DNA from: an uncultured bacterium
GTDB taxonomy: Bacteria > Patescibacteriota > Gracilibacteria > UM-FILTER-43-11
Direction of reading: 5' to 3'
Assembly: GCA_965369305.1 (NCBI GenBank)
Contig: CBDUQG010000002.1
Span: 1-33,631 of the forward strand
DNA: 33,631 nucleotides
Shown here: piece by piece, positions 1 to 11,300 of the stretch
Numbering within the stretch: position 1 is the stretch's first letter
Layout: each line of letters opens with the position of its first letter
Notes under the pieces: generated by a model
Database searches by the model: none
Seen by the model: the letters and a program-made list of their open reading frames with translations, nothing else
What the model was told of the DNA's origin: nothing
Program-made: the position numbers and the translations under genes

Positions 1-23
1 CTTTTTGTTCGCTCTTCACAGAC

Positions 24-1850
24 TTATTGGTTTATAACTCTAAATAGCTCATCCAGAGTTGTTCTCCCTTCAAAAACCTTGTTGAGACCGTCTTCCAGAA
101 TGGTTGTCATATGATTTTTGATGGCAGCCTGCTCAATATCATCCTGTGAAGCTTCGGCAATTATCAGGTCCCTGATTTCGTTGTTCATTTCCATGACTTC
201 AGCCACAACTGTTCTGCCTTTGAAACCAGAATGGCTACATTCCTCACAACCCTTCCCCTTAAAAAGTCTCGGCGATGCACTGCGTTTTTCGCTGAAGTAC
301 TTTGAAAAGATTTTTTGATCATGCTCACTTGAAATGAACTTATCCCGAATATCTTTCAATTCCTCAGGCTCAAGCTGGTAGGTAACACGGCAAGAGGTGC
401 AAACTGTACGTGTTAGACGCTGAGCTATGATCACATTGAGCGTGGAAACAATGGAATAAGGGTCTAGCCCCATTTTCACCAAACGAAGTGGCGCAAGAGC
501 AGCGCTACTTGTATGGAGGGTACTTAGAATCAAGTGACCGGTCAGCGCAGAATGGGCTGATATTCTGGCAGTATCAAGATCACGAATCTCACCAATCATG
601 AGTATGTCAGGATCCTGGCGTAAAAGAGATCTAAGACCATCTGCAAAAGTCAGGTTTGTTTTAGTATTTACTTGAACTTGATTTACGCCATAAAGACCGT
701 ACTCAATTGGGTCTTCGATGGTCGAAATGTTAACCCCTTCTCGATTTAAACTCGTAAGCACGGAATACAGTGTGGTTGTTTTACCACTACCGGTTGGTCC
801 CGTAATCAGAATCATCCCCTGGGTTTTTTGGATGTTTCGCTCAATAATCTTAATGTCATTGGCGCTGTACCCCAGATCTTCAAGGCTCATCTGCTGAGAC
901 TCAGAACTAAGGAGGCGGAGAACAACTTTCTCACCGTAATAGGAAGGAAGGATCGAGACTCTGAAGTTAATCTTTGAGTTGTCATAAGTCACTTTGAAGC
1001 GTCCGTCCTGAGAAGAGCTGTGCTCGTCGGTACGCAGTTTTGAAAGCACTTTGATGTGATTGACCATGGTTTCCAAAAAATGAGATGGAAGCTGGGCCAC
1101 ATTACTCAGAACCCCATCAATACGAAGACGAATTCTGATTTCATCTTCAAAAGGTTCAATATGAATATCTGAAGCATTCCGGTAGTAAGCCATTAAAACA
1201 ACGGTATCAAAAATAGTGGAAATATTGTTCAGTGTTTCAAGCTTATTGATATTCACCGTTGCCCTGTCGATGAGATATTGAAAACCCTTCAGGGTGTCTT
1301 GGCGGTAAATCTGCTGAGAATCTTTGATTTCGGAGGGGGTTGAAAAATGCGGAACGGCTTTTTTACCCGTCTTCTTTTCAAGCATATGAAGAAAATGCTG
1401 ATTAGAGGGGTTAACCATTGCAACGAATATCTTGTTTTGATCCTCGGTATAAGAAATAACACCTTCACTTTTCGAAACAGCTTCAGGGATAAGAAGGGCG
1501 GCATCCGGAGAAACTCTGGTGTTTTTGAGGTTAACGTAGGGCACCTTAAAGTACTCAGCAACGGCGCGCCCCACTTCAATAGGCTTCATGATGTCGAGGG
1601 TGATAAGCACATCAAGGATGTTCTCACCTGCCTTCTGATGCTGTGCAACAACAGATTTTTTCTGCTCTGGGGTAATTAAGCCCAAGGACTCAAGATGCTT
1701 CAGAATCTTCTGGTTTAAAGCATCATTATAGTGAGCAGCTTCTTCACCTAGATGTTTTATCGTCCACTGAGGAGCAAGGTCCTTTTCTGGGGTTTTTGCA
1801 TTGTCTGTCTTCTTCGCTTTTTGTTTCGTTTTAGGAGAGGGCTTAGGCAT
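24..1850 (-). CDS. pilB: Type IV pilus / type II secretion assembly ATPase (GspE/PilB family)
   Basis: 608-aa ORF with Walker A GPTGSGKTT and a conserved GspE core (LRQDPDILMIGEIRD). It has a C-terminal tetracysteine CTSC...CEEC and an N-terminal T2SSE_N-like domain behind a Lys-rich tail. Confidence 0.85.
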   Translation of the reverse strand: MPKPSPKTKQKAKKTDNAKTPEKDLAPQWTIKHLGEEAAHYNDALNQKILKHLESLGLITPEQKKSVVAQHQKAGENILDVLITLDIMKPIEVGRAVAEYFKVPYVNLKNTRVSPDAALLIPEAVSKSEGVISYTEDQNKIFVAMVNPSNQHFLHMLEKKTGKKAVPHFSTPSEIKDSQQIYRQDTLKGFQYLIDRATVNINKLETLNNISTIFDTVVLMAYYRNASDIHIEPFEDEIRIRLRIDGVLSNVAQLPSHFLETMVNHIKVLSKLRTDEHSSSQDGRFKVTYDNSKINFRVSILPSYYGEKVVLRLLSSESQQMSLEDLGYSANDIKIIERNIQKTQGMILITGPTGSGKTTTLYSVLTSLNREGVNISTIEDPIEYGLYGVNQVQVNTKTNLTFADGLRSLLRQDPDILMIGEIRDLDTARISAHSALTGHLILSTLHTSSAALAPLRLVKMGLDPYSIVSTLNVIIAQRLTRTVCTSCRVTYQLEPEELKDIRDKFISSEHDQKIFSKYFSEKRSASPRLFKGKGCEECSHSGFKGRTVVAEVMEMNNEIRDLIIAEASQDDIEQAAIKNHMTTILEDGLNKVFEGRTTLDELFRVINQ

Positions 1851-1879
1851 GGTTTATTCACACATTAATAAATCTTTAT

Positions 1880-1888
1880 ATTATAGCA
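1880..1888 (-). promoter_or_regulatory. Possible extended -10 promoter (TGcTATAAT) for pilB
   Basis: The reverse complement reads ttgTGcTATAAT and ends about 30 nt upstream of the pilB ATG. The -35 is weak. Confidence 0.3.
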
Positions 1889-1939
1889 CAAATAAGCTAA
1901 AAAATAAAGACCCTAAACCCCTAAAACACAAGGAAATAA

Positions 1940-3001
1940 TTAGACCTCTCCTCCGCCCACCTGATCCAGAATTTCTCTGGCTCGCTCTTTGATATGCCGA
2001 GCGATTGGCTGAGTCGCATTATTAGCCTCCCAGGCCTCAGTAGCCTTATTAATCGAGTCATTTGCCTTCTGGGCCGCAGCATCATTCTGCCCCTGAATAC
2101 CCAGAATAAATGAATCAACAAGCCAATCGTAAGCACGCGCGATTTTGGCAGCACCCAGCACAACGTTGTTATCAGGCATATTCTTGTAAGCTTGTTGGGT
2201 CAGATCAACAGCCAAGTCCGAAGCACTTTTAGCATTAGCCACCATATTTGCTGCAATATAAACCTCAATCTGAGCCATTTCAGATTCAGCCCGAGTCAGC
2301 AAGAACTGAGTATCATCCCCCTTTCTGATGATTGAAAGTAGGTAGAGCATATCCATGACCTCACCACGCGTAAGCGGTTTGGCAGCATCTACGTTTCCAT
2401 TGCTATCTCGTGTGGCAATTCCAAGTGCCACTGCGTAATTTACATAATTAGCATACCAGGCATCCGTTGGGATATTTGGAACGACTTGCTGTCCTTCAAA
2501 GCTAGAAACATCAATATTACTAGCTGTAAGCAGCATTTTAAGGAATTCAGCAATGTTAACCTGTCGCCCTGGAGCAAAAGTGCCATCCGTATCATTTCCT
2601 TTCACAAACCCAAGTGCACGAGCCTTCATGACAAAAGGGGCAAACCAATCACCTTCTCCAACATCAGGAAAATGACCTCCAAAAACCTCATCTGCTTCAA
2701 TTCCTGAACCCTTTAGGATAATTTTCAAGACTTCGGCACGATTAATGGAGTTTTCTGGCTTAAAACTGCCATCAGCATAGCCACCCACAACCCCATTCTG
2801 ACTGAGGTAAGTAATAGCTGTGTAACTTGGATGAGTTCGATTAACATCGCTAAAACCAGTGCTTACAACCTGGGTTCCTGAGGTGGTTGAGGCAACTGTT
2901 TCAGCCAAAACTGAAGGGGTGCCCATAGCCAAAAAAAGGAACAGCCCCAAGGCTGAGCTAATACCTTTCAAATAACCTGTTTTTCGCTTCTTTGTAAACA
3001 T
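1940..3001 (-). CDS. Secreted SLH-domain (S-layer homology) surface protein
   Basis: 353-aa ORF with an N-terminal signal peptide (LGLFLFLAMGTPSVLAE). It has three SLH-like repeats (FSDV...YADGSFKPENSINRAEVLKIILK, FPDV...GTFAPGRQVNIAEFLKML, IPTDAWYANYV...LTRGEVMDMLY) and a helical C-terminal half. Confidence 0.7.
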   Translation of the reverse strand: MFTKKRKTGYLKGISSALGLFLFLAMGTPSVLAETVASTTSGTQVVSTGFSDVNRTHPSYTAITYLSQNGVVGGYADGSFKPENSINRAEVLKIILKGSGIEADEVFGGHFPDVGEGDWFAPFVMKARALGFVKGNDTDGTFAPGRQVNIAEFLKMLLTASNIDVSSFEGQQVVPNIPTDAWYANYVNYAVALGIATRDSNGNVDAAKPLTRGEVMDMLYLLSIIRKGDDTQFLLTRAESEMAQIEVYIAANMVANAKSASDLAVDLTQQAYKNMPDNNVVLGAAKIARAYDWLVDSFILGIQGQNDAAAQKANDSINKATEAWEANNATQPIARHIKERAREILDQVGGGEV

Positions 3002-3064
3002 GATGGTTTATTTTTATTTTTGCGTAAAAAACATAGCATATTTACCAGGGCAAAGCAAACTTGC

Positions 3065-3529
3065 TTAACGTCTGCTGTAGCGGGCTAAGTGGGCAAATGC
3101 CTTGTTAGCAGCAGCCATACGATGAACGTCTTCACGCTTCTTGAAGGCAGCTCCGGATTCCTTGCTGGCTTCAAGCAGTTCTGCAGCCAGTTTATCAGCC
3201 ATAGGCTTACCCTTTTTAGAGCGGCAGGCACCAATGATCCAGCGAATGGAAAGGGCCAGCTGACGCTTTGGCTTAACTTCTACAGGAATTTGGTAAACAC
3301 TACCACCAACACGGCGAGCGCGTACTTCCATATTAGGCATCACATTGCGAATGGCCTTTTCAAAGACCTCTTCAGGAGTCTTGATTCCTTGATCACGCAT
3401 GATTTTCATAGCACTTCCGAAAATAGCGCGTGAAGTAGACTTCTTACCACGCTGCATCATGCAGTTAATGAACTTCTCTTGCCACTCAGTGGACCCTTCT
3501 GGGATGAAATTAGCTTTGGCTTTACTCAT
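3065..3529 (-). CDS. rpsG: 30S ribosomal protein S7
   Basis: 154-aa ORF with full-length similarity to bacterial S7 (NVMPNMEVRARRVGGSVYQIPVEV...). Confidence 0.95.
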   Translation of the reverse strand: MSKAKANFIPEGSTEWQEKFINCMMQRGKKSTSRAIFGSAMKIMRDQGIKTPEEVFEKAIRNVMPNMEVRARRVGGSVYQIPVEVKPKRQLALSIRWIIGACRSKKGKPMADKLAAELLEASKESGAAFKKREDVHRMAAANKAFAHLARYSRR

Positions 3530-3558
3530 AACTATAACTCGTAACGAATATTTAAAAA

Positions 3559-3978
3559 TTAGGATTTAGGCTTCTTAGCACCGTAACGGCTTCGGCCCTG
3601 CTTTCGATCTTGAACCCCCTGACAATCAAGCACACCACGAACAATGTGGTAAGGCACACCAGGCAGGTCCTTCACTCTTCCACCGTAAATAGTCACCACG
3701 GAGTGTTCTTGCAGATTGTGACCTTCACCCATGATATAAGCGTTTACCTCTTTACCATTGGTCAAACGAACACGAGCGATCTTACGAAGCGCAGAGTTAG
3801 GCTTTTTAGGCGTCATAGTCGTTACCTTCACACAAACACCGCGTTTCTGAGGAGCACCCTTCTTAAGGCCAACGTTCTTATTCTTAAGAGAGTTAAAGGT
3901 ATACTGAAGCGCTGGAGCCTTGCTCTTCTTTTTTGGAGTTCGCCTGCTTTTTCGTACTAACTGATTAATGGTTGGCAT
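3559..3978 (-). CDS. rpsL: 30S ribosomal protein S12
   Basis: 139-aa ORF starting [10 protein letters not shown] with [10 protein letters not shown]...RLTNG...[13 protein letters not shown]. This is canonical S12 with a short basic C-terminal extension. Confidence 0.95.
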   Translation of the reverse strand: MPTINQLVRKSRRTPKKKSKAPALQYTFNSLKNKNVGLKKGAPQKRGVCVKVTTMTPKKPNSALRKIARVRLTNGKEVNAYIMGEGHNLQEHSVVTIYGGRVKDLPGVPYHIVRGVLDCQGVQDRKQGRSRYGAKKPKS

Positions 3979-4011
3979 AGAAATTGGAAGTCTTTAAAAA
4001 AATTAAACGGC

Positions 4012-7000
4012 TTATTCTTGCTCTTTATTTTCGTATTGGGTCTTATAAATGTGACCAGCGGGGATGAGTTTACCAATAATTACGTTTTCTTTCAAGCCCT
4101 TTAGGTTATCAATTTTTCGGGTTGTAGCAGCTTCTACAAGCACACGAATTGTTTCCTGGAAGGACGCAGCAGATAGCCAGCTGTTGGTAGTAATCGCCAC
4201 ACGGGAAATACCAAGCAGTAGGCGGTCCCCATGAGCAATGTTCTTTTTGGCTTTCCTAAGCTCTTCATTAGCATTTTCAAATTGCTCAGCATTAATGAGT
4301 TCACCCGGCAGGAAGTTGGAATCCCCAGGGTTAATAATGCGCACCTTAGAGAACATTTGCTTAACGATAATTTCAATGTGCTTATCGTTAATGGTTTGTC
4401 CCTGAGAGGCATAAATATGCTGTACATCAGTCATGATGTACTTCTGAGCCGTGTAAACATCAGTAGACTCCATCAAGTCTTGCAGGTTCAGGTGACCTCG
4501 ATTAATTGGGGTTCCTTTAGCCACAAGGTCATTATTTTTGACCAGAAGCTTCTCTTTCGCCTCAAAGTTGTAGACCTTGCTGTGTTTTTCGGTGTGCTTC
4601 GTTACAATTTGGCTAGCTGACACAGAAATAACCTTACCTTCATCGGTTGCCTTAAGAGAGTGTTTTTCAGTCTTAGAGCGAGCAATAATCTGCTTTACCT
4701 TAACTTGATCACCCTTCTTAACAACTGGCTCAAAGTCAGGTGGAATCGCGTAGCTATCTTCTCCGAGTTCCTGAGCAGTAAGAATCACCTCGGTCTGACC
4801 TTTGTGAGTTTTAACGGCTGCTTTACCGGAAATTTCAGCAAGAACGGCAGCACCCTTAGGATTGCGGGCTTCAAAGAGTTCTTCCACACGAGTTAGACCC
4901 TGTGTGATATCGCTTCCTTCAGCCACACCTCCCATATGGAAGGTACGCATGGTCAGCTGTGTACCCGGCTCACCAATAGACTGAGCGGCTATAATACCAA
5001 CAGCAGTTCCAAGGTCAACAAGAGCATTAGTTCCAAGGTCAAAGCCATAACACTGCTGACAGATACCGTTTTCAACCTTACAGGTCATAATAGCCCTTAC
5101 CAGCACCTCCTCAACCTGAGCCTTCTTGATGGCGGCAGCAATGTCGTTGTCGATTTGCACCCCCTTCTTGGCAATGAGCTCGCCAGTCTTCGGATCAGCG
5201 ATATTAGCAGCAATGGTGCGTCCAAAAATACGCTTTTCGAAGTCTTCCCCAATCTTATTACTTTCCTCACGGGTAATGGAGTGCTCTTGCTTGTTGCCGC
5301 AATCAGCCTCCTTAATAACAATGTCCTGAACAGCATCTACAAGACGACGTGTGAGGTAACCCGCTTCGGCCGTTTTAAGCGCCGTGTCAGACTTACCTTT
5401 ACGTCCACCATGCGTCGCAATGAAGTACTCAAGAATCGAGAAGCCATCCTTAAGGTTGGACTTAATAGGTAGCTCAATGGTTTTACCGGATGGATTAGCT
5501 ACAAGCCCCTTCATGCCACAAAGCTGTGTGATCTGCCCCCAGTTACCACGAGCTCCTGAGTCGATCATGTAATAGATATTGTTTTCAGGGTTTCCTTCAA
5601 ATTTTTCGATCATCTTACCTGTCACATCACTCTTGAGGAATGACCATAGGCGAATCGCGTGATTGTAGCGCTCTTCTTCGGTAATCCAACCTTTCCAATA
5701 CTGGTTGTTGATCTTACGAACTGTTTCATCAGCGGCAGCAATAAGCTCTTCACGTTCTTCAGGAGCAAGCATGTCGAAGACAGAAATGGTGATACCGGAT
5801 TTGGTCGCAAATTTGAATCCAATGCGCTTGAATTCGTCTGCCACCTTAGCGGTCGTTTCAGGACCACAGGTGTCAAGAATCTGAGCAAGAAGTGCCTTAA
5901 GACCGTTCTTACCAACTGTCTCATTAACATAATCGATTTCCTCAGGAAGGAAGGTATTGAAGATCATGCGACCAACTGTCGTCTTTTCCTGGATCTTTCC
6001 TTTGGCACGACCAGTGATGAAGGCCTGAAGATCTACAAAGCGCTGACGATAGGCGTTAATAGCTTCATTTTCGTCAGCGAAAACCATACCTTCACCAGTC
6101 TTATTATCGAACCCCTGAGTGAGGTAGTAAACCCCAAGTACCATGTCTTGAGAAGGTGTGATAATCGGTTCACCAGCAGATGGCTTAAGAAGGTTGGTAG
6201 TGGCAAGCATGAGTTCACGAGCCTCGTTCTGAGCTTTCTCAGAAAGAGGGAGGTGAACCGCCATTTGGTCACCATCAAAGTCAGCATTAAAGGCGGCACA
6301 AACAAGTGGGTGAATCTGGATGGCCTTACCGTCAATCAAAACTGGCTTGAAAGCCTGGATACCAAGACGGTGAAGTGTTGGTGCACGATTGAGAAGTACC
6401 AGGCGCTTAGACGTTTCATTTTCAAGAATATCCCATACTTCCTTTTTACCATCGTCAATCAGACGCTCTGCGCCCTTCACGTTATGGGCAAGTTCCTGGC
6501 GAATAAGCTCACCAACCACAAATGGCTTAAAGAGCTTAAGGGCCATTTCTTTAGGAATTCCACATTCAGAAAGCTTGAGCTGCGGACCAACTACAATTAC
6601 AGAACGACCAGAGTAGTCCACACGCTTACCAAGGAGATTTTGGCGGAAGCGACCCTGCTTACCCTTAAGCATGTCTGAAAGAGAGCGAAGTTTTCGCTTA
6701 TCGCCAGCTGTGAAGACGGCGCGACCTGCACGGGCAGCATTGTTAAATAGGGTATCAACAGCTTCCTGTAGCATGCGCTTTTCATTTCGGCAGATCACTT
6801 CAGGAGCACCGATAGCCATCAGTCTTTTAAGACGATTGTTACGGTTAATGACACGACGGTATAGGTCATTCAGGTCAGAAGCGGCAAAACGACCACCATC
6901 AAGCTGTACCATTGGACGAAGATCCGGTGGAATAACAGGCAGTTGATTGATCACCATCCACTCAGGACGGATGTCTGCCTTCAGAAGTGCAGAAGCAAGG

Positions 7001-7911
7001 CGAATACGGCGTAGCAGCTTCTTATATTTTTGACCGGTTGCCTTCTTTCGTTCTGCTTCAAGCTCCTTGATGAAAGCCTTGATATCAAGTTGCTCAAGGA
7101 TTTTACGAATGGACTCGGCACCAGTTCCCGCATGGAAAACATGACCAAACTTCATGGAGAGCTCTCGGTATTCGATTTCACCGATCACCTTACCAACAGA
7201 AAGGGTCTCAAGATCCTCCTTAGCCTGATTGTGCTGCATGGTGAGCTCTTCGATCTTAGCGGCATAAGAATCCTCAGCCTGCATCAATTCACCAACTTCA
7301 GTATCGTCTTCAGAAAGCTCCTCAACAACCTCATCACTGACTTTTTTGTCCTTCTTGGAGCGCTTTTTGATCTTCAGGTCGTTAGACTTGGTCTTAAATT
7401 CATCCTGAATCTGCTTCTTGTACATCTGGAAGTCCTTATCGAGATTCTCAAGGGCTTCTTTTTTGGCATCCTGATCAACACTGGTGATAATGTAAGCAGC
7501 AAAGTAAATGACTTGTTCAATGGCCTTAATAGGCAAATTCAGAATAAGACCAAGGCGGCTAGGAGTAGATCGAAGGAACCAAATATGAGTCACAGGAACA
7601 GCCAAGCTGATATGCCCCATACGTTCACGACGGACAATGCTGCGGGTTACCTCAACGCCACACTTCTCACAAACCACACCTTTGTAGCGAATGCGTTTAT
7701 ATTTACCACAGTAACATTCCCAGTTCTTGGTGGGTCCGAATATCTTTTCACAAAACAGTCCGTCTCTCTCGGGTTTCTGCGTGCGGTAGTTGATGGTTTC
7801 CGGCTTCGTTACTTCACCGTGAGACCATTCCAGTACCGCGTCAGGACTGGCAACAGAAAGACTAATGGAATCAAAGTCTTCATGTCTTCTTGGACCTTTT
7901 AGTTGGCTCAT
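4012..7911 (-). CDS. rpoC: DNA-directed RNA polymerase subunit beta'
   Basis: 1299-aa ORF with the Zn finger [23 protein letters not shown], the catalytic [12 protein letters not shown] motif, and bridge-helix and trigger-loop regions. Confidence 0.97.
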   Translation of the reverse strand: MSQLKGPRRHEDFDSISLSVASPDAVLEWSHGEVTKPETINYRTQKPERDGLFCEKIFGPTKNWECYCGKYKRIRYKGVVCEKCGVEVTRSIVRRERMGHISLAVPVTHIWFLRSTPSRLGLILNLPIKAIEQVIYFAAYIITSVDQDAKKEALENLDKDFQMYKKQIQDEFKTKSNDLKIKKRSKKDKKVSDEVVEELSEDDTEVGELMQAEDSYAAKIEELTMQHNQAKEDLETLSVGKVIGEIEYRELSMKFGHVFHAGTGAESIRKILEQLDIKAFIKELEAERKKATGQKYKKLLRRIRLASALLKADIRPEWMVINQLPVIPPDLRPMVQLDGGRFAASDLNDLYRRVINRNNRLKRLMAIGAPEVICRNEKRMLQEAVDTLFNNAARAGRAVFTAGDKRKLRSLSDMLKGKQGRFRQNLLGKRVDYSGRSVIVVGPQLKLSECGIPKEMALKLFKPFVVGELIRQELAHNVKGAERLIDDGKKEVWDILENETSKRLVLLNRAPTLHRLGIQAFKPVLIDGKAIQIHPLVCAAFNADFDGDQMAVHLPLSEKAQNEARELMLATTNLLKPSAGEPIITPSQDMVLGVYYLTQGFDNKTGEGMVFADENEAINAYRQRFVDLQAFITGRAKGKIQEKTTVGRMIFNTFLPEEIDYVNETVGKNGLKALLAQILDTCGPETTAKVADEFKRIGFKFATKSGITISVFDMLAPEEREELIAAADETVRKINNQYWKGWITEEERYNHAIRLWSFLKSDVTGKMIEKFEGNPENNIYYMIDSGARGNWGQITQLCGMKGLVANPSGKTIELPIKSNLKDGFSILEYFIATHGGRKGKSDTALKTAEAGYLTRRLVDAVQDIVIKEADCGNKQEHSITREESNKIGEDFEKRIFGRTIAANIADPKTGELIAKKGVQIDNDIAAAIKKAQVEEVLVRAIMTCKVENGICQQCYGFDLGTNALVDLGTAVGIIAAQSIGEPGTQLTMRTFHMGGVAEGSDITQGLTRVEELFEARNPKGAAVLAEISGKAAVKTHKGQTEVILTAQELGEDSYAIPPDFEPVVKKGDQVKVKQIIARSKTEKHSLKATDEGKVISVSASQIVTKHTEKHSKVYNFEAKEKLLVKNNDLVAKGTPINRGHLNLQDLMESTDVYTAQKYIMTDVQHIYASQGQTINDKHIEIIVKQMFSKVRIINPGDSNFLPGELINAEQFENANEELRKAKKNIAHGDRLLLGISRVAITTNSWLSAASFQETIRVLVEAATTRKIDNLKGLKENVIIGKLIPAGHIYKTQYENKEQE

Positions 7912-7939
7912 AATAGTTTAGTTAGAGATAAACTCTTAA

Positions 7940-8359
7940 TTAATTATTCATGTCAGGTGAGGGTTCAAATCCCTCTTGATCTTCTCCAGGGAGGAATGCA
8001 TCAAATTCATCCTCTCCCCCTTCTTTTGGCTTCTTATCAAGCATGATCATGTCAGTCGCAACAATCTCTGTGCGAAAGATTTTCACTCCTTCAGGACTGT
8101 CCCACGATCGGGTCTTGAGGTAGCCCTCGATATAAACGAGCTTTCCTTTTTTGAGATATTGCCCGCAGATTTCCGCGAGCGTGCCCCAGGCAGCAATATT
8201 GTGATACTCCGCAAGGGATTTTTTCTCTCTGTCTCCCGTCACCCACTCCCGATTAGTCGCGAGACCAAAGGTGACAATGGATTGCCCGTTCGTCGTCTGT
8301 TTGAGCTCAGGATCACGTGTGAGGTTTCCAACCAGGATAACCTTATTAACACTTCTCAT
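7940..8359 (-). CDS. ssb: Single-stranded DNA-binding protein (OB fold) with a non-canonical acidic C-terminus
   Basis: 139-aa ORF. NKVILVGNLTRDPELK...EYHNIAAWGTLAEICGQYLKKGKLVYIEGYLKTRSW matches bacterial SSB. The acidic tail ends ...EDEFDAFLPGEDQEGFEPSPDMNN rather than DDDIPF. Confidence 0.85.
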   Translation of the reverse strand: MRSVNKVILVGNLTRDPELKQTTNGQSIVTFGLATNREWVTGDREKKSLAEYHNIAAWGTLAEICGQYLKKGKLVYIEGYLKTRSWDSPEGVKIFRTEIVATDMIMLDKKPKEGGEDEFDAFLPGEDQEGFEPSPDMNN

Positions 8360-8367
8360 AGTCTAAA

Positions 8368-11300
8368 TTACTTATTCTTCTTATCAGCTTTTTCTTCAAC
8401 AGTGTCTTCAATCTTTTCGATGTCTTCATCAGAAACCACCGCATCAGATCCACCGTCGTCGGTGAGCTCATCTTCCAGTTCTTCAATCGCCTCTTTCTTG
8501 CCGAGGTTTTCACCTTCGAGCTCCTCTTCAACCTGTTCGTCAGCTTCTTTTCCTTCCTCTAGATCACTGATCTTGTCAGCCTCTGGAATAACTGCTTCAT
8601 CATCATCTTCATGGTCGATCACCTCTTCGAGTTCAACCTCTTCGAGTTCATCACCCTTAGATTTAAGCAGTTCAACGTCCAGACAAAGAGACTTAAGCTC
8701 TTTCACAAGTACATTGAAGGATTCCGGAACACTTGGTGTCTTGATAGACTCACCTTTAACGATAGCCTCGTAGGCTTTCGCACGTCCAACCACATCGTCG
8801 GACTTAACCGTGAGCATTTCCTGAAGTGTGTAAGCGGCGCCGTACGCTTCAAGTGCCCACACCTCCATTTCACCAAAGCGCTGTCCACCATGCTGGGCTT
8901 TACCTCCGAGAGGCTGCTGTGTAACAAGAGAGTAAGGACCAACGGAACGTGCGTGCAGCTTGTCTTCAACCAAGTGGAGAAGTTTAAGCATGTACACCTT
9001 CCCAACAACCGTTGGATACTGGAATGGCTCACCGGTTCTTCCATCATAAAGCTGCATCTTACCATCGCTCGGCAGACCAGCCTCTTCCATCAGGGCAGCG
9101 ATTTTTTCAAGTTCAATACCGTTCAAAGCTGGAGTCGCTACCTTAATACCCAGCTCATCAGCAGCCCAACCCAAATGGGTTTCAAGGATCTGACCGATAT
9201 TCATACGACTGGATACACCAAGCGGATTCAAGATGATATCAACAGGTGTTCCATCCTCCATGTAAGGCATGTCTTCCGAAGGCACGATGCGAGAAATAAC
9301 ACCCTTGTTACCATGACGACCTGCCATCTTATCTCCAACCTGAATCTTACGAGTCTGAGAAACGTAAACTTTGATCTGGCGGATCACACCGGTTGGAAGT
9401 TCATCGCCTTCCTGGCGTGAGAAAATCTGAACATCAACAACCTTACCTCCTTCTCCACCAGGAAGACGGAGTGAAGTATCTTTAACATCCTTCGCTTTGT
9501 CACCAAAAATGGCTTGAAGAAGACGTTCTTCAGCAGTGAGCTCAGTTTCACCCTTAGGGGTAATTTTACCAACAAGAATATCACCTTCGTGAACGGTGGC
9601 ACCAATTCGGACAATACCGTCGACATCTAAGTCTTTCAGTCGTGCCTCACCTACATTCGGGATATCACGAGTAACGATTTCAGGCCCAAGCTTGGTATCT
9701 CGAACGTCTACGGTGAAGGATTCGATATGAACAGAATCGTAGAATCCTTTACGAGCTACGCGATCAGAAATAATGATCGCATCTTCGTAGTTAAATCCAC
9801 CCCAAGACATATAAGCCACCATGAGGTTACGACCAAGAGCCAGTTCACCTTCTTCAACAGCGGCACCGTCAACAAGCACATCGCCTTTTTTAACTTTCTG
9901 CCCCTTAGTTACTGCAGGGCGCATGTTAATAGCTGTCGCCTGGTTAGAACGTTGGAAGCTGAGAATTGGGTACTCTTCTTTCTTACCGTCACTATATTTA
10001 ACAACAACATGGTCAGCATCCACTGCTTCAACGGCTCCACTTCCTCGGGCTACAACAGCCTGACCGGAGCTTTCAGCCGTAAGACCTTCCATACCGGTAC
10101 CTACAATAGGTGCTTCCGGGGAAAGTAGAGAAACAGCCTGGCGTTGCATGTTAGAACCCATAGACGCACGAGTATTATCATCGTGCTCTAGGAACGGAAT
10201 GAGTGAAGTTGTCACAGAAACAATCTGCTTTGGAGCAATATCCATGTGGGTGAGATCACGCACATGAACAAAATTCGGATCACCACGACGTCGGGCTGCA
10301 ACACGAGAGTTTACAAACTGACCATTGTCATCCATTTCTGCATTGGTTTCAGCAACCACAAAGTGCCTTTCACTGTCCGCATCGTAGTAGGTAACTTCAT
10401 CACTGACATAAGCTCGAACCTTAACTTGGTTCTGCGGCTTTTCCTGAACCTTCACAGAGCTTGTTTTCTTGTCAGCCACAATTTGCTTGGCAACAGTTAC
10501 ATCAATTTCTTCGCCTTTTTTGAGAACAGTCTTTCGTCCAATTTTCACATCTTGTGCAGAAAGCTTCCCAATAAGCTGAGTAGCAATTGGATCTTTAATG
10601 GTTTCGGCAGGAGGTGTTTTGATGGCCTTTTTAATCTTAGCCACCTTACTCGCCTGCTCCTTCGTGAGCCTGTCTCCGATCTTGGCAACAACTTTGCGAC
10701 CATCTTTAATTTCTTCATCAATCACAAAACCAGTGATATCGGACGCATTTGGCTGTCTGAAATGCTCAACCTTACGGTATGGTGTTTCGATAAAACCGTA
10801 TTGGTTCACACGACCATAGGTAGCCAGGTGAACAACCAAACCAATGTTCGGTCCTTCCGGTGTGGCAATAGGACAAATGCGGCCATAGTGAGAAGCGTGT
10901 ACGTCACGTACGTCAAACGAAGCACGCTCACGGGAAAGTCCACCAGGACCCATCGCAGAAATACGACGCTTGTGAGCAAGCTCAGAAAGCGGGTTGGTCT
11001 GGTCCATGAACTGAGAAAGCTGCGAGCTCGCAAAGAATTCTCGGAGTGCCGCAGTGATAGGACGACAGTTGATGAGCTGAGTCGGTGTCGCCGTTTCCAG
11101 ATCCATGATAGTCATACGATCCTTGGCAATACGGTCGGTGCGGAGCAGACCCATACGGAATTTATTTTGAACAAGTTCACCAACAGAACGGATACGCCTA
11201 TTAGATAGGTGATCAATATCATCCTCCTCTCCTTCTCCATTATTGAGTTCAATCAGGCCTTTTAGAATGTTCACGAAGTCTTCAGTCTGGAAGACCCGAT

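Noticed and set aside
3053-3066. The AAGCAA-ac-TTGCTT palindrome overlapping the rpsG stop, as a possible terminator.
   Set aside because: The loop is only 2 nt, no U-tract follows on the transcribed strand, and the stem is short.
4134-11208. Many 60-340-aa ORFs on both strands inside rpoC, ssb and rpoB, for example 5659..6678, 7030..7902, 7976..8773, 8611..9420 and 10246..11208.
   Set aside because: All lie fully within strongly supported conserved genes. Their translations are low-complexity or lack motifs, so I treat them as shadow ORFs.
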